Notes: a model not told the origin generated them from the sequence alone. Positions 29,532 through 39,439 are shown, counted from the first letter of the stretch. The stretch: 64,000 nt of DNA from Candidatus Eiseniibacteriota bacterium (GCA_044223005.1 JBGAML010000004.1:192001-256000); one strand, 5' to 3'. A program made the numbers and translations.

Positions 29532-30029
29532 ATGACGCCGATGGACCCGCAGGCGCGCCGCGTCGCGGACGCCATCAACCGCGCGGCGCTGCTCGTCACG
29601 CTCGCGGTCGCGGGGACGATCGGCGTGCTGTGGTGGCGCGGCGCGCATCGGGTGCACGAGGCGCCGCGGTGGCCCGCGAGCGGCGCCGTCGCACTCGCGC
29701 CGCCGGCGGCCGCGGGCCGCGCCGCGTGGATCATGGCCGTGAACCCGGACTGCCTGCACTGCCGCGAGCGGCTGGGCGCGCTCGCTGCGGCCCTGCCCGC
29801 GGCCGCGCCGCAGCCCGTGCTCGGCGTGCTGCTGGTGGACCTGGACGCGCGGCCCGATTCGCTGGCCGGCGGCGCGCGCTTCGCCGCGGGCGTGTGGTGG
29901 GATTCCGCGGCCACGTGGCGCCGGCGCTGGGGGCACACCGACTACGCCGAGGTGCTGGAGTTCGCGCCCGGCGGCGCGCTGCTCCGCGTGCTCGATCCCG
30001 ATTCCGCCGAAGCCGAGGCACGGCGCTGA
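29532..30029 (+). CDS. Membrane-anchored CXXC (thioredoxin-like) hypothetical protein
   Basis: N-terminal TM, WIMAVNPDCLHC followed by a helix and beta strand; GGAG upstream. Confidence 0.55.
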   Translation: MTPMDPQARRVADAINRAALLVTLAVAGTIGVLWWRGAHRVHEAPRWPASGAVALAPPAAAGRAAWIMAVNPDCLHCRERLGALAAALPAAAPQPVLGVLLVDLDARPDSLAGGARFAAGVWWDSAATWRRRWGHTDYAEVLEFAPGGALLRVLDPDSAEAEARR

Positions 30030-30069
30030 GCGCGTCGCGGGCCCGGCGCGCGGCGGCTATGCTGCCCGC

Positions 30070-30978
30070 ATGATCGGAACGATCGCCGACACGTTGCGCG
30101 CGCTCGAAGCGCGGCTCGCCGCCACGAGCGACGTGGCACGCGCCGACGCGGAGGAACTGCTGAGCCGCGCGCTCGACTGCGGCCGCGGCGGCCTGCGCAC
30201 GCGCGGCCGCGAGCCGCTGCCCGAGTCCGTGGCGGCGACGCTCGAGCGCTGGGTGGCGCGCCGCCTCGCGGGCGAGCCGGTGCAGTACGTCACCGGGCGC
30301 GCCGCGTTCCGCGACCTCGACCTCGCGGTCGATCGCCGCGTGCTCGTGCCGCGGCCGGAGACGGAAGGACTCGTGGAAGCGGTGCTCGAGGTGCTGGCCG
30401 CCGAGCCCGCGCTCGGGACCGCGCCCGCGATCCTCGATCTCGGCACCGGCTCGGGCGCGATCGCACTCGCGCTCGCGCACGAGTGGCCGGCGGCCCGCGT
30501 CACCGCCACGGATGCGAGCGAGGGCGCACTCGCGGTGGCGCGCGCCAACGCCGGGGCGCTGGGCCTGGCGGCGCGGGTGCGGTTCGCGCACGGCGACTGG
30601 TTCGGCGCGCTCGCGGACGACGAGCGCTTCCAGGTGGTGGTCTCGAATCCGCCTTACATCGCGCCGGACGAGGCCGCGTCGCTGCCGGCGGACGTGCGGG
30701 ACTGGGAGCCGCACGCGGCGCTCTTCGCCGAGGACGGCGGCCTCGCCGACCTCCGCACGATCGTCGACGAGGCGCCGCGGCACCTGGTCGCCGGCGGGCT
30801 GCTCGCGCTGGAACTCGACGAGACGCGCGCCCACGAGGTCGCCGCGTGGCTCGAGGGCGCCCACGACTGGGCGCACGTCTCGGTGCGCGAGGATCTCTCG
30901 GGCCGGCCGCGCGTACTGCTCGCGCGGCGCGAGCGCGGTCCCGCGATCGCGCCCGCGCAGTGGGGCGAGGAGCGCTGA
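30070..30978 (+). CDS. prmC: Release factor glutamine methyltransferase
   Basis: GEPVQY, VLVPRPETE, LDLGTGSGAIA, SNPPY. Confidence 0.96.
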   Translation: MIGTIADTLRALEARLAATSDVARADAEELLSRALDCGRGGLRTRGREPLPESVAATLERWVARRLAGEPVQYVTGRAAFRDLDLAVDRRVLVPRPETEGLVEAVLEVLAAEPALGTAPAILDLGTGSGAIALALAHEWPAARVTATDASEGALAVARANAGALGLAARVRFAHGDWFGALADDERFQVVVSNPPYIAPDEAASLPADVRDWEPHAALFAEDGGLADLRTIVDEAPRHLVAGGLLALELDETRAHEVAAWLEGAHDWAHVSVREDLSGRPRVLLARRERGPAIAPAQWGEER

Positions 30979-31097
30979 TCCCGGAGCCGCTTCGTGCGAA
31001 TGCACCCGCGGGAGCGCGCGGCGCGACGCGGCGGGCGGCTTGCGCTAGGCTGTCGCACTGACGGCCGTCCCCCGATCGCGTCGACCCGAGGTGATTC

Positions 31098-31964
31098 ATG
31101 TCCGACGACATCGCAGCGCGCGGCTACGCGCGTCCCGAGGTGCTGGTCAGCACCGACTGGGTCGCCGCCCATCTCGACGACCCGCACGTGCGGATCGTCG
31201 AGTCGAACGAGGATCCGCTCCTCTATCCGTCGGGCCACATTCCCGGCGCGGTCGAAGTCGACTGGGCCGCCGACCTGAACGATCCGGTGCGACGCGACTA
31301 CCTGGGCCGCGCCGAGTTCTCGGCGCTCATGTCGCGCCTGGGCGTGACGCGGGAGACGACCGTCGTCTTCTACGGCGACAAGAGCAACTGGTGGGCGTGC
31401 TACGCGTTCTGGGTGTTCCAGCTGTTCGGCCACACGCACGCGAGGGTGATGGACGGTGGCCGGCTCAAGTGGGAGCAGGAGAAGCGCCCGCTGACGCGTG
31501 ACGTGCCGACGCCGAAGCCCACGGCCTACGTGGCCCCGGACCGCGACGACGTCCGCATCCGCGCGTTCCGCGACCAGGTGCTGCGCCACCAGGCCACCGG
31601 TAAGCCGCTGATCGACGTGCGCTCGCCCCAGGAGTTCTCGGGCGAACGCACGCACATGCCCGAGTATCCGCAGGAGGGCGTGCTGCGGGGCGGTCACGTC
31701 CCCGGCGCGAAGAACGTGCCGTGGGCGCGCGCCGCGCGGCCGGAGGACGGCACGTTCCGCCCGGCGGCCGAGCTGCGCGCGATCTACGAGGGCGAAGCGC
31801 GCCTCAAGCCCGACGACGACGTCATCGCCTACTGCCGCATCGGCGAACGCAGCAGCCACACGTGGTTCGTGCTCACGTACCTGCTCGGCTTCGCGCGGGT
31901 GCGCAACTACGACGGCAGCTGGACCGAATGGGGCAACTCGGTCGGCCTGCCCATCGAGAGGTGA
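31098..31964 (+). CDS. Tandem-domain rhodanese sulfurtransferase (SseA/CysA-like)
   Basis: [23 protein letters not shown] active site, YDGSWTEWG. Confidence 0.95.
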   Translation: MSDDIAARGYARPEVLVSTDWVAAHLDDPHVRIVESNEDPLLYPSGHIPGAVEVDWAADLNDPVRRDYLGRAEFSALMSRLGVTRETTVVFYGDKSNWWACYAFWVFQLFGHTHARVMDGGRLKWEQEKRPLTRDVPTPKPTAYVAPDRDDVRIRAFRDQVLRHQATGKPLIDVRSPQEFSGERTHMPEYPQEGVLRGGHVPGAKNVPWARAARPEDGTFRPAAELRAIYEGEARLKPDDDVIAYCRIGERSSHTWFVLTYLLGFARVRNYDGSWTEWGNSVGLPIER

Positions 31965-31965
31965 C

Positions 31966-32439
31966 ATGACGGTTCCCGTGCGGCTTCCCGGCCCGCTCGC
32001 GAGCGTGGTCGCGGACTTCGAACTGCTCGACCGTGGCGCCCGTTCGGAAATGTTGATCGAGTACGCCGACCAGTTCGAGGAAGTGCCCGCGTCGGTCGCG
32101 ACGCGCCCGTTCCCGGAGTCCGCGCGCGCGCCGCGCTGCGAGTCCGAGGCCTACGTGTTCGCGGTCGACCGGCGCGACGGCACGATCGACTACCACTTCG
32201 CCGTCGAGAACCCGCAGGGGCTCTCGGCCAAGGCCTGGGCCGTGGTCCTGCGCGAGACGCTCTCGGGCCAGCCCCTGGAACAGATCGCCGCCGTGCCGCA
32301 GGACGTGCTCTATTCGATCTTCGGCCGCGACCTGAGCATGGGCAAGGGCCAGGGCATGCTCGGCATGCTGGAGGTGGTCCAGCACGAGGCGCGCACGCGG
32401 CTGCTGGCGCGCCGAAAAGCGGAGCAGGGACTCGACTGA
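31966..32439 (+). CDS. sufE: SufE family Fe-S/sulfur acceptor protein
   Basis: LIEYA, PRCESEAY (acceptor Cys), LSMGKGQG; directly after the sulfurtransferase. Confidence 0.8.
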   Translation: MTVPVRLPGPLASVVADFELLDRGARSEMLIEYADQFEEVPASVATRPFPESARAPRCESEAYVFAVDRRDGTIDYHFAVENPQGLSAKAWAVVLRETLSGQPLEQIAAVPQDVLYSIFGRDLSMGKGQGMLGMLEVVQHEARTRLLARRKAEQGLD

Positions 32440-32454
32440 CGCCGGCGCGCCGCG

Positions 32455-32895
32455 TCAGCGCGGCGCCGCGGCCAGCCGCACGAGCCACACGCCCACGAAC
32501 GCCGCGACGTGCGCCCACATGACGCGCATCGTCCACGCGTCGCGCCAGCGCCACCCGCGCGCGAACGCGATCGGCGCGGCGAGCCACGCGAGCACGATCT
32601 CGCCCGCGAGCGGCAGCGCCAGCGGGTGACGGGCCGCGGCGCCGTGCCAGTCGCCCCGGGCGAGGTGCGCGAGCGCGCGCGTCAGGCCGCAGGTCGCGCA
32701 GTCGTGATGCGTGAGGCGGCGGAAGACGCACACCGTGCCGTCCACGCCGTCGCCGGGATTCCACGCCGCGAGGGCGAGCGCCGCCGCCGCGATCGCCAGG
32801 CCGGCGATCGCCCACGCGCGCCACGGCCCGCGCGCGTCGCCGCGTGCGGCGGCCGGCGGCGCGCCGGCGCCCGGGAGCGCGGCGTCAGTGCGCGT
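32455..32895 (-). CDS. DUF2752-like membrane protein (start codon unresolved)
   Basis: CVFRRLTHHDCATCGLTRA..A...HP motif with flanking TM helices; no ATG/GTG/TTG ahead of the first TM. Confidence 0.7.
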   Translation of the reverse strand, partial: TRTDAALPGAGAPPAAARGDARGPWRAWAIAGLAIAAAALALAAWNPGDGVDGTVCVFRRLTHHDCATCGLTRALAHLARGDWHGAAARHPLALPLAGEIVLAWLAAPIAFARGWRWRDAWTMRVMWAHVAAFVGVWLVRLAAAPR

Positions 32896-33799
32896 AGTGC
32901 GAGTCCTTCTCGCCGGCCCGCACGGCGACCGGGAGCGTGTTCGCGCGCGGCGGCAGCGGGCAGTTGTAGTACGGGCTGAAGGCGCACGCGGGGTTGTACG
33001 CGTCGTTGAAGTCGATCCGCCAGCGGCCGTCCGGGAGCGGTTCGGGGTCGACGTAGCGCCCGACGCCGTACGTCTCGCGGCCGGTGGTCGCGTCGCGGAA
33101 GAAGATGCTGATCGAGCTCTCGTCCACGCCGGGCTCGAGCAGCCGGTTCGCCTCGAGCCGGCAGCGGCGGCCCGCGATCGCGAGGTCGAACCAGCCCACG
33201 CGCAGCGCCCGCCGGGCATTGCCGCGCGTCGAGAGGATCACGACGGTGTCCGCGTGCGGATCGGGCACGAGCCGGGTCTCGAAGCGATAGGCCATGTCGG
33301 GCGGGAAGAACTCGAGCCCGTGGAACTCCCGCAGGCGCGGGCTGCGCGGGTCGAACACGATGATCGCGGGATACCGCTGGTGCGAGAGCCGCAGCGTCCA
33401 GCGGCCGAACTCGATGCCGGCGGGGCCGAGTGTCGCTTCGCGATAGGCGAGGTGCCGCCACCGGAACGACGCGGTGTCGAGCGTGGCGACGTGGAACGAG
33501 TCACCGGTCACCGCGACCCCGAGCGCGTGCTCGGGCATCTCGGGGTCGTCGATCCGCACGTCGCAGTCCGCCGCGCGTCCGACGACGAGGCGTATCGCCG
33601 CGCCGAAGTCGACGCGCTGCACGGCCGCGAAGTAGCTCGAGCTTCCCGAGCGCAGGTCGTCCTGGGCCTCGTTTCGCGACTGCGCCAGCACTCGCACGAG
33701 CGAATCGCGCACCGCGGGAGCGAGTGTCACGGGCCGAGCGGCCGGCGGGGCTGCGGTGGCCGCGGCGAGGAACACGAGCGTGGTACCGATCAGGGACAT
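32885..33799 (-). CDS. DUF1684 family protein
   Basis: FRDATTGRETYGVGRY, DFNDAYNPACAFSPYYNCPLPP..N.L...V.AGEK. Confidence 0.93.
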   Translation of the reverse strand: MSLIGTTLVFLAAATAAPPAARPVTLAPAVRDSLVRVLAQSRNEAQDDLRSGSSSYFAAVQRVDFGAAIRLVVGRAADCDVRIDDPEMPEHALGVAVTGDSFHVATLDTASFRWRHLAYREATLGPAGIEFGRWTLRLSHQRYPAIIVFDPRSPRLREFHGLEFFPPDMAYRFETRLVPDPHADTVVILSTRGNARRALRVGWFDLAIAGRRCRLEANRLLEPGVDESSISIFFRDATTGRETYGVGRYVDPEPLPDGRWRIDFNDAYNPACAFSPYYNCPLPPRANTLPVAVRAGEKDSHYAH

Positions 33800-33950
33800 T
33801 CGAGCATCTCCGGCATGGGCCGCTGCATCTGGAGGAGGCAGCATAGCCGCCCGCCCGGTGTCCCTCCAGCCCGGACGATTTCGTTCTTGTGCGCGGCGTG
33901 GTGCGCGTCGGAGACTGCGCGCCCCTTCGGAGGAACCTGGGGAGCGAGCC

Positions 33951-35510
33951 GTGGGAGATCCGATCCGAAACGACGAACGCGAACTGTTCCGCACCGCCTT
34001 CGACCTCGCCCCGTCCGGCATGATGGTCGTCGGCGCGAGCGGTGACATCCTGCTCGCCAACGCGGAAGCCGAGCGCCTGTTCGGCTATGCGTCGGGCGCG
34101 CTCGTCGGCGTGTCCGTGGACCAGCTCGTGCCGCATTCGGTCCGCCACGATCACGCGCACGATCGCCGGCGTTACTTCGACTCCCCGCAGGCCCGGCCCA
34201 TGGGCGCGGGTCGCGACCTGTTCGGGCTCCACCGCGACGGCAGCGAGTTCCCGATCGAAGTCGGGCTCAACCCGGTCGTGCTCGGCGGGACTCGTGTCGT
34301 GATCGCGTCGGTCGTCGACATTTCGGCGCGCCGGCGGGCCGAGGCCGAGGCGCGCCAGGCGGAGGAGCGCCATCGCCAGGCGCAGAAGCTCGAATCGCTG
34401 GGCACGCTCGCCGGCGGCATCGCGCACGACTTCAACAATATCCTGCTCGGCATCGTGGGCTACACCGAGCTCGCGCAGCGCCAGCTCCGGGACGCCCCGG
34501 GTGTCCAGGACGACCTCGCGCAGGTGCTGGTCGCCGCCGAACGCGGCCGGCAGCTCGTGCGGCGCATCCTGTCGTTCAGCCGGCATCGCGATGCCACCCC
34601 GGTGCCGTTGCCGCTCGAGCGCGTCGTGCGCGAGGCGTGCGAGCTGCTGCGCGCGTCCCTGCCCGCGACGATCGAGATGCGCGTCGCGATCGACCCGGGC
34701 CTGCCGCTGGTGATGGCCGAGGAGACGCTCGTCCACCAGGTCGTGATGAACCTCTGCACCAACTCCGCGCACGCGATGCCCGACGGCGGCGTGCTGCAGG
34801 TGCGGCTCGCGCTCGCCGACCCCGAGCCCGGCTTCGTGGCCGCGCACCCCGGCATGGTTCCGGGCCGCTGCGTGCGCCTCTCGGTGATCGACACCGGCCA
34901 CGGCATCCCGCCCGAGGTGCGTGCTCGCATCTTCGAGCCGTTCTTCACCACGAAGTCCGCGGGCGAGGGCTCGGGCCTGGGCCTGTCGGTCATCCTCGGC
35001 ATCGTGCAGTCGCTCTCCGGCGCGATCGAGATCGACTCCGAACCCGGCAAGGGCACGCGAGTCGACGTCTGGCTTCCCCTCGCGCCGGCGCCCGAAGGCG
35101 CGGTGAGCGGTGCGCCGGGCGCACCGGCCGAGGAGGCCGGCCCTGCCCGGCACGTGCTGTTCGTCGAGGACGAGCCCGCGCTCGCGGCCATGGAGCGCCG
35201 CCAGCTCGAAGCGCTCGGCCTGCGGGTCACCGTGCACACGTCGAGCCTCGAGGCGCTGGACGATTTCCGCTCGCGGCCGACGGCATTCGACCTCATGGTG
35301 ACCGACAACACCATGCCCCACATGACGGGCATGATGCTCGCCCGCAAGGTCACGTCGCTGCGGCCCGGCCTGCCCGTGCTCATGGTGTCGGGCTACGCCG
35401 AGAACGCGGACACGGACGTCATGCGCGAGCACGGCGTCACCGGCGTCCTGCGCAAGCCGCACACGCTGAAGGAGCTCGAAGAAGCGCTGCAGCGCGTACT
35501 CGGCGAGTAG
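33951..35510 (+). CDS. Cytoplasmic PAS hybrid histidine kinase/receiver
   Basis: PAS (RDGSEFPIEV), GGIAHDFNNIL, FEPFFTTK, GSGLGL, C-terminal receiver (VEDE, TDNTMP, KP). Confidence 0.93.
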   Translation: MGDPIRNDERELFRTAFDLAPSGMMVVGASGDILLANAEAERLFGYASGALVGVSVDQLVPHSVRHDHAHDRRRYFDSPQARPMGAGRDLFGLHRDGSEFPIEVGLNPVVLGGTRVVIASVVDISARRRAEAEARQAEERHRQAQKLESLGTLAGGIAHDFNNILLGIVGYTELAQRQLRDAPGVQDDLAQVLVAAERGRQLVRRILSFSRHRDATPVPLPLERVVREACELLRASLPATIEMRVAIDPGLPLVMAEETLVHQVVMNLCTNSAHAMPDGGVLQVRLALADPEPGFVAAHPGMVPGRCVRLSVIDTGHGIPPEVRARIFEPFFTTKSAGEGSGLGLSVILGIVQSLSGAIEIDSEPGKGTRVDVWLPLAPAPEGAVSGAPGAPAEEAGPARHVLFVEDEPALAAMERRQLEALGLRVTVHTSSLEALDDFRSRPTAFDLMVTDNTMPHMTGMMLARKVTSLRPGLPVLMVSGYAENADTDVMREHGVTGVLRKPHTLKELEEALQRVLGE

Positions 35511-35525
35511 GGCCACCCGGGGCCG

Positions 35526-35554
35526 TTGCGCGGCCCGCGCCCCGCGCCCATAAT
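35526..35554 (+). promoter_or_regulatory. Candidate sigma70 promoter of murA
   Basis: TTGCGC-N17-CATAAT. Confidence 0.5.
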
Positions 35555-35683
35555 CCGCGCGTTCCGTCGCCACCCCCGGGCGATTCCCGCGGTTCCCACT
35601 CGTCGAATGCACCGAGGACCCCCATGGAAGTGGCGGCCCCTCCTTCGCTCGCTTCGTCCCCTTCTCCCACGAAAACCGGACTC

Positions 35684-36937
35684 ATGGACGCTCTCGTCAT
35701 CCAGGGCGGACGGCCCGTCAACGGTCGCGTCGCCATCAGCGGCGCCAAGAACGCCGCGCTTCCGGTCATGGCCGCCACGCTGCTCGCGAGCGGCGTGCAC
35801 CGGCTGCGCAACGTTCCCGAGCTCGCGGACACGCGCACGTTCGGCAAGGTGCTCGAGACGCTCGGCGCGAAGGTGTCCTTCGCGCGCGGCGAGTGCACGA
35901 TCGACACGACCCACGTGAACTCGGTCGAGGCGCCCTACGATCTCGTGCGCACCATGCGCGCCAGCATCTACGTGCTCGGGCCGCTGCTCGCGCGCTTCGG
36001 CGCCGCGAAGGTGTCGCTGCCGGGCGGCTGCGCATGGGGCCCGCGGCCCGTGAACCTGCACCTGCAGGGCCTGCAGGCCATGAACGCGCACCTCGAGATC
36101 GAGCACGGCTACATCGTCGGCAAGGACGTGCGCCTGCGCGGCGCCACGGTGCACTTCGACGTCGTGAGCGTCGGCGCGACCGCCCAGCTGCTCATGGCCG
36201 CGACGCTCGCCGAGGGCACGACGGTGCTCGAGAACGTGGCGGTGGAGCCGGACATCACGGTGCTCGGCGAGGTGCTCGTCGCCTGCGGCGCGCGCATCGA
36301 GGGGCTCGGTGGCCGGCGGCTCGTGATCCACGGCGTGCCGTCGCTGCGGCCCATCGACACCGCGATCATCGCCGACCGCATCGAGGCAGCGACGTTCGCG
36401 GCCGCCGCCGCCATCACGGGCGGTACGATCACGCTCGAGCGCGTGGTGCCGGGTCATTTCGAGGCGGCGCTCGCCAAGCTCGAGGAATCGGGCTGCACGG
36501 TGGTGCGCGAGACCGACGAGGTCACCGTGACCGGCCCCTCGCGGCCGCGGGCGGTGGACGTGACGACGATGCCGTTCCCCGGCTTCCCGACCGACATGCA
36601 GGCGCAGATGATGGCCGTGGCCGCGATCGCCAACGGCACCAGCGTGATCACGGACACCATCTACCTCGACCGCTTCACGCACGTGCCCGAGCTGGGTCGC
36701 ATGGGCGCGAACATCGAGCTCAAGGGCAACGTCGCGGTCGTGAAGGGCGTCGAAGGGCTCTCGGGCGCCCCGGTGATGGCCACCGACCTGCGTGCGAGTG
36801 CGGCCCTGGCACTGGCGGCCCTCGTGGCGGAAGGGGAGACGCGCATCTCGCGCATCTACCACCTCGATCGCGGCTACGAGCGGTTCGACGAGAAGCTGAC
36901 GGGTCTCGGCGTGAAGGTCGAGCGCGTGCGCGAATGA
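35684..36937 (+). CDS. murA: UDP-N-acetylglucosamine 1-carboxyvinyltransferase
   Basis: SGAKNAALP, MRAS, LPGGC..G.RP, FPGFPTDMQ, DLRA, HLDRGYE; alternative start 35624. Confidence 0.97.
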   Translation: MDALVIQGGRPVNGRVAISGAKNAALPVMAATLLASGVHRLRNVPELADTRTFGKVLETLGAKVSFARGECTIDTTHVNSVEAPYDLVRTMRASIYVLGPLLARFGAAKVSLPGGCAWGPRPVNLHLQGLQAMNAHLEIEHGYIVGKDVRLRGATVHFDVVSVGATAQLLMAATLAEGTTVLENVAVEPDITVLGEVLVACGARIEGLGGRRLVIHGVPSLRPIDTAIIADRIEAATFAAAAAITGGTITLERVVPGHFEAALAKLEESGCTVVRETDEVTVTGPSRPRAVDVTTMPFPGFPTDMQAQMMAVAAIANGTSVITDTIYLDRFTHVPELGRMGANIELKGNVAVVKGVEGLSGAPVMATDLRASAALALAALVAEGETRISRIYHLDRGYERFDEKLTGLGVKVERVRE

Positions 36938-37575
36938 CCGCCGCGCGCCGGCGTGCCGGTCCGGCCACGGCCGCGACGGCGAAGCACTACGACGCGGCCT
37001 ACTACGAACGCTGGTACCGGCGCTCGAACGTCGGCGTCGGTCATCGCGAGTTCGTCGAGCGCAAGGTTCGCCTCGCGCTCGCTGCCGCCGAGTTCGTCCT
37101 CGGCCGGCACGTGGCGAGCGTCCTCGACGTGGGCTGTGGCGAGGCGCCATGGCGCGCCATCCTGCGCCGCCTGCGGCCCGGCGTGCGCTACCTCGGGTTC
37201 GAGACGAGCGCGTACGCGGTGCGCCGTTACGGCCGCGCGCGGAACATTCGCCGCGGCGGGCTCACCGACCTCGGAGGGCTCCGGGGGCGCTGGGACCTCG
37301 TCGTGTGCGCCGACGTGCTGCACTACGTGCCCACGCGTGTCGCGCGCGAGGGGCTGGCGTCGATCGCCCGGCTCGCCGCGGGCGTTGCGTTCGTCGAGGC
37401 GTTCACGAACGCCGACGAGATCGAGGGCGATCGCGACGCGTTCCAGGACCGTTCGCCCGCGGCCTACCGGAAGCTCTTCGCGAGCGCGGGCCTGGTGCCG
37501 CTGGGGCTGCACCTGTACGCGACGCGCGAGGCGTTCGGGACACTCGTGGCGCTGGAGCGCGGCGCGGCGCGCTGA
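36934..37575 (+). CDS. Class I SAM-dependent methyltransferase
   Basis: VLDVGCG, WDLVVCADVLHY; ATGA overlap with murA. Confidence 0.85.
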   Translation: MTAARRRAGPATAATAKHYDAAYYERWYRRSNVGVGHREFVERKVRLALAAAEFVLGRHVASVLDVGCGEAPWRAILRRLRPGVRYLGFETSAYAVRRYGRARNIRRGGLTDLGGLRGRWDLVVCADVLHYVPTRVAREGLASIARLAAGVAFVEAFTNADEIEGDRDAFQDRSPAAYRKLFASAGLVPLGLHLYATREAFGTLVALERGAAR

Positions 37576-37578
37576 AGC

Positions 37579-38385
37579 TCAGCGCCGGCGACGCACGGAC
37601 GCGCGCGCGCGGCCCCGGAGCGCCACCGTCGCGCACACGATCGCGCCGGCGCCGCACGCGATGCCCCACGCCGCCTGGGGCCACATCCAGATCGACGGGC
37701 GCGCCATGGCGTCCACGCGTTCGGCGCCGAAGGCGTGCACGAACGCCGATCGTACCGCCGGCAGGAGCACGGGGATCTTCTCCCAGTTCATGCGGGTGTA
37801 CGAGAGGTAGTTGTACTGCGGCGGGTAGTCCCGCCCGCCGTTGCTCTCGGCGTAGACCAGCGACGTGTCGCGCGACAGTTCCGCCGCCGTCGCCAGCTGG
37901 CCCGCGCGGTTGCGGAAGATCACGCCGAACTGCGGATCGGCGACGACCCAGCGGCCGTCCACCCATGCCTCGACCACGGTGTGGATGCTCCGTCCGTCGG
38001 GATCGCGCAGCAGAAGCGGCCGGCTGTCGATTCCGCGCGTGCGCAGCATCGCGACCACGACGCGGGTGAACGAGCCGCACGAACCGCGGTAGTCGGCGCC
38101 CCACCGAATCACGTCGCCCGGCCCGGGATGCATGGGATTGAAGCGGTAGTAGAGCCGGACCGGCAGCGAGGACAGTCCGGCGTACCCGGGGTCCTTCAGC
38201 TCGGCGTTCGCGAATCGGACGTAGCGCTCGAAGCGTTCCGACGGAGACCATGCACGGCCCGCGTCCACCCGGCCCGCGGTGAGCGCCACGAGCCGGAGAT
38301 CGCGGAAGTGCTCCACGAGCAGGAGGATCGAGGCGACCGCGAGCACGGCGGCGGCCGCGGCGGCAAGACGTGCGCGAAACGACAA
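37579..38385 (-). CDS. Transglutaminase-like (Cys-His-Asp) membrane-anchored protein, paralog 1
   Basis: GSCGS, HTVVEAWVDGRWVVADP; TM at both ends; TTG start with GGAG 6 nt upstream (start uncertain). Confidence 0.75.
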   Translation of the reverse strand: MSFRARLAAAAAAVLAVASILLLVEHFRDLRLVALTAGRVDAGRAWSPSERFERYVRFANAELKDPGYAGLSSLPVRLYYRFNPMHPGPGDVIRWGADYRGSCGSFTRVVVAMLRTRGIDSRPLLLRDPDGRSIHTVVEAWVDGRWVVADPQFGVIFRNRAGQLATAAELSRDTSLVYAESNGGRDYPPQYNYLSYTRMNWEKIPVLLPAVRSAFVHAFGAERVDAMARPSIWMWPQAAWGIACGAGAIVCATVALRGRARASVRRRR

Positions 38386-38566
38386 GCGCTGCTCCGTGAA
38401 CGGGTCGGGGACGAATGCAGGCGCGCCTGGGCAAGGGGGGGGGCGCGCGGGCGTGGAGCGGGTACGGGCGAGGGCAATTATGGCCGCGTCGGCAGGGAAC
38501 GTCAACGCGGAGCGGACCTTGCGGCCCGGGCGAGTCCGGTGGGGCCGATCGCCCTCGTCGCCGTGC

Positions 38567-39439
38567 TCAGCGCAGGGCGGCGCCGGCCCCGGCCAGGGCG
38601 GCCGCGCGCTCGAGCGCAGGCCGGCGCACGATTCGCCGCTCGGCGACGCCGGCGCAGCAGCCGAAGAAGACCGCCGCCAGCGCGAAACCGATCGCGAATG
38701 CCGCGCGCGGCCGGCTCCAGAGCTCGGTCGGCTCCCCCATCTCGTACACGATGTCGGGGCCCAGGAGTGCCGTGAGGATGCCGTGTGCGGCCGGCAGTAC
38801 GATCGGGATCTTGTGCCAGTTCGTGTGCGCGGCGCGCGTGTAGCTGTAGATGGACGGGTACGGTTCCCGCCCTTCGGTCGCGAGCGCGAGCAGGCCCGGA
38901 TCCCGCCGGAGGTCGTCCCGCGTGGCGAGGCGGCCGTCGCGGCGATGGAAGACGATGTCGTAGGTCGGGTCGGCGACGACCCAGCGACCGTCGATGTACG
39001 TTTCGACCACCGTGTGGATCGAGTGCTGCTTGCCGTCGAGCAGGAGCAGCAGCCGCGCGTGAATGCCGCGGCTCTTCAGCATGGCGACGACCACGCGCGA
39101 GCGCGAGCCGCAGGGCCCCCGGAAATCAGAACCCCAGCGCAGCACGTCCGCAGGTCCCGGGTGCATCGGGTTGAACCGATACCACGCACGCACGATGTCG
39201 TTCGGCAGTCCCTCGAGCCCCGGGTCCGGGATGCGCGTCGCGGCGAAGTGGATGTACGCCTCCATTCGCTCCCGCGCAGTCAATCCGCGGCCGGCGTCGA
39301 TCCGGTCGGCGGTCTGGTCGACCAGCGACTGGCTGCGCAGGTGCGCGCCGAGGCTGAGCGCGGCGAGCGCCAGGCAGAGCGCCGTGAGGGCGCGCAGGGT
39401 TCGGGCGAGGAGGACTGGCACGTGGGAGCCTCGTCCCAT
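38567..39439 (-). CDS. Transglutaminase-like membrane-anchored protein, paralog 2
   Basis: GPCGS, HTVVETYIDGRWVVADP; shares YRFNPMHPGP.DV.RWG and NW.KIP..LPA with paralog 1. Confidence 0.78.
   Translation of the reverse strand: MGRGSHVPVLLARTLRALTALCLALAALSLGAHLRSQSLVDQTADRIDAGRGLTARERMEAYIHFAATRIPDPGLEGLPNDIVRAWYRFNPMHPGPADVLRWGSDFRGPCGSRSRVVVAMLKSRGIHARLLLLLDGKQHSIHTVVETYIDGRWVVADPTYDIVFHRRDGRLATRDDLRRDPGLLALATEGREPYPSIYSYTRAAHTNWHKIPIVLPAAHGILTALLGPDIVYEMGEPTELWSRPRAAFAIGFALAAVFFGCCAGVAERRIVRRPALERAAALAGAGAALR

Noticed and set aside
32880..32895. prfB-like +1 frameshift fusing DUF1684 to the DUF2752-like frame at CAC-TGA-C
   Set aside because: CAC to ACT does not allow tRNA re-pairing and there is no SD at the required short spacing.
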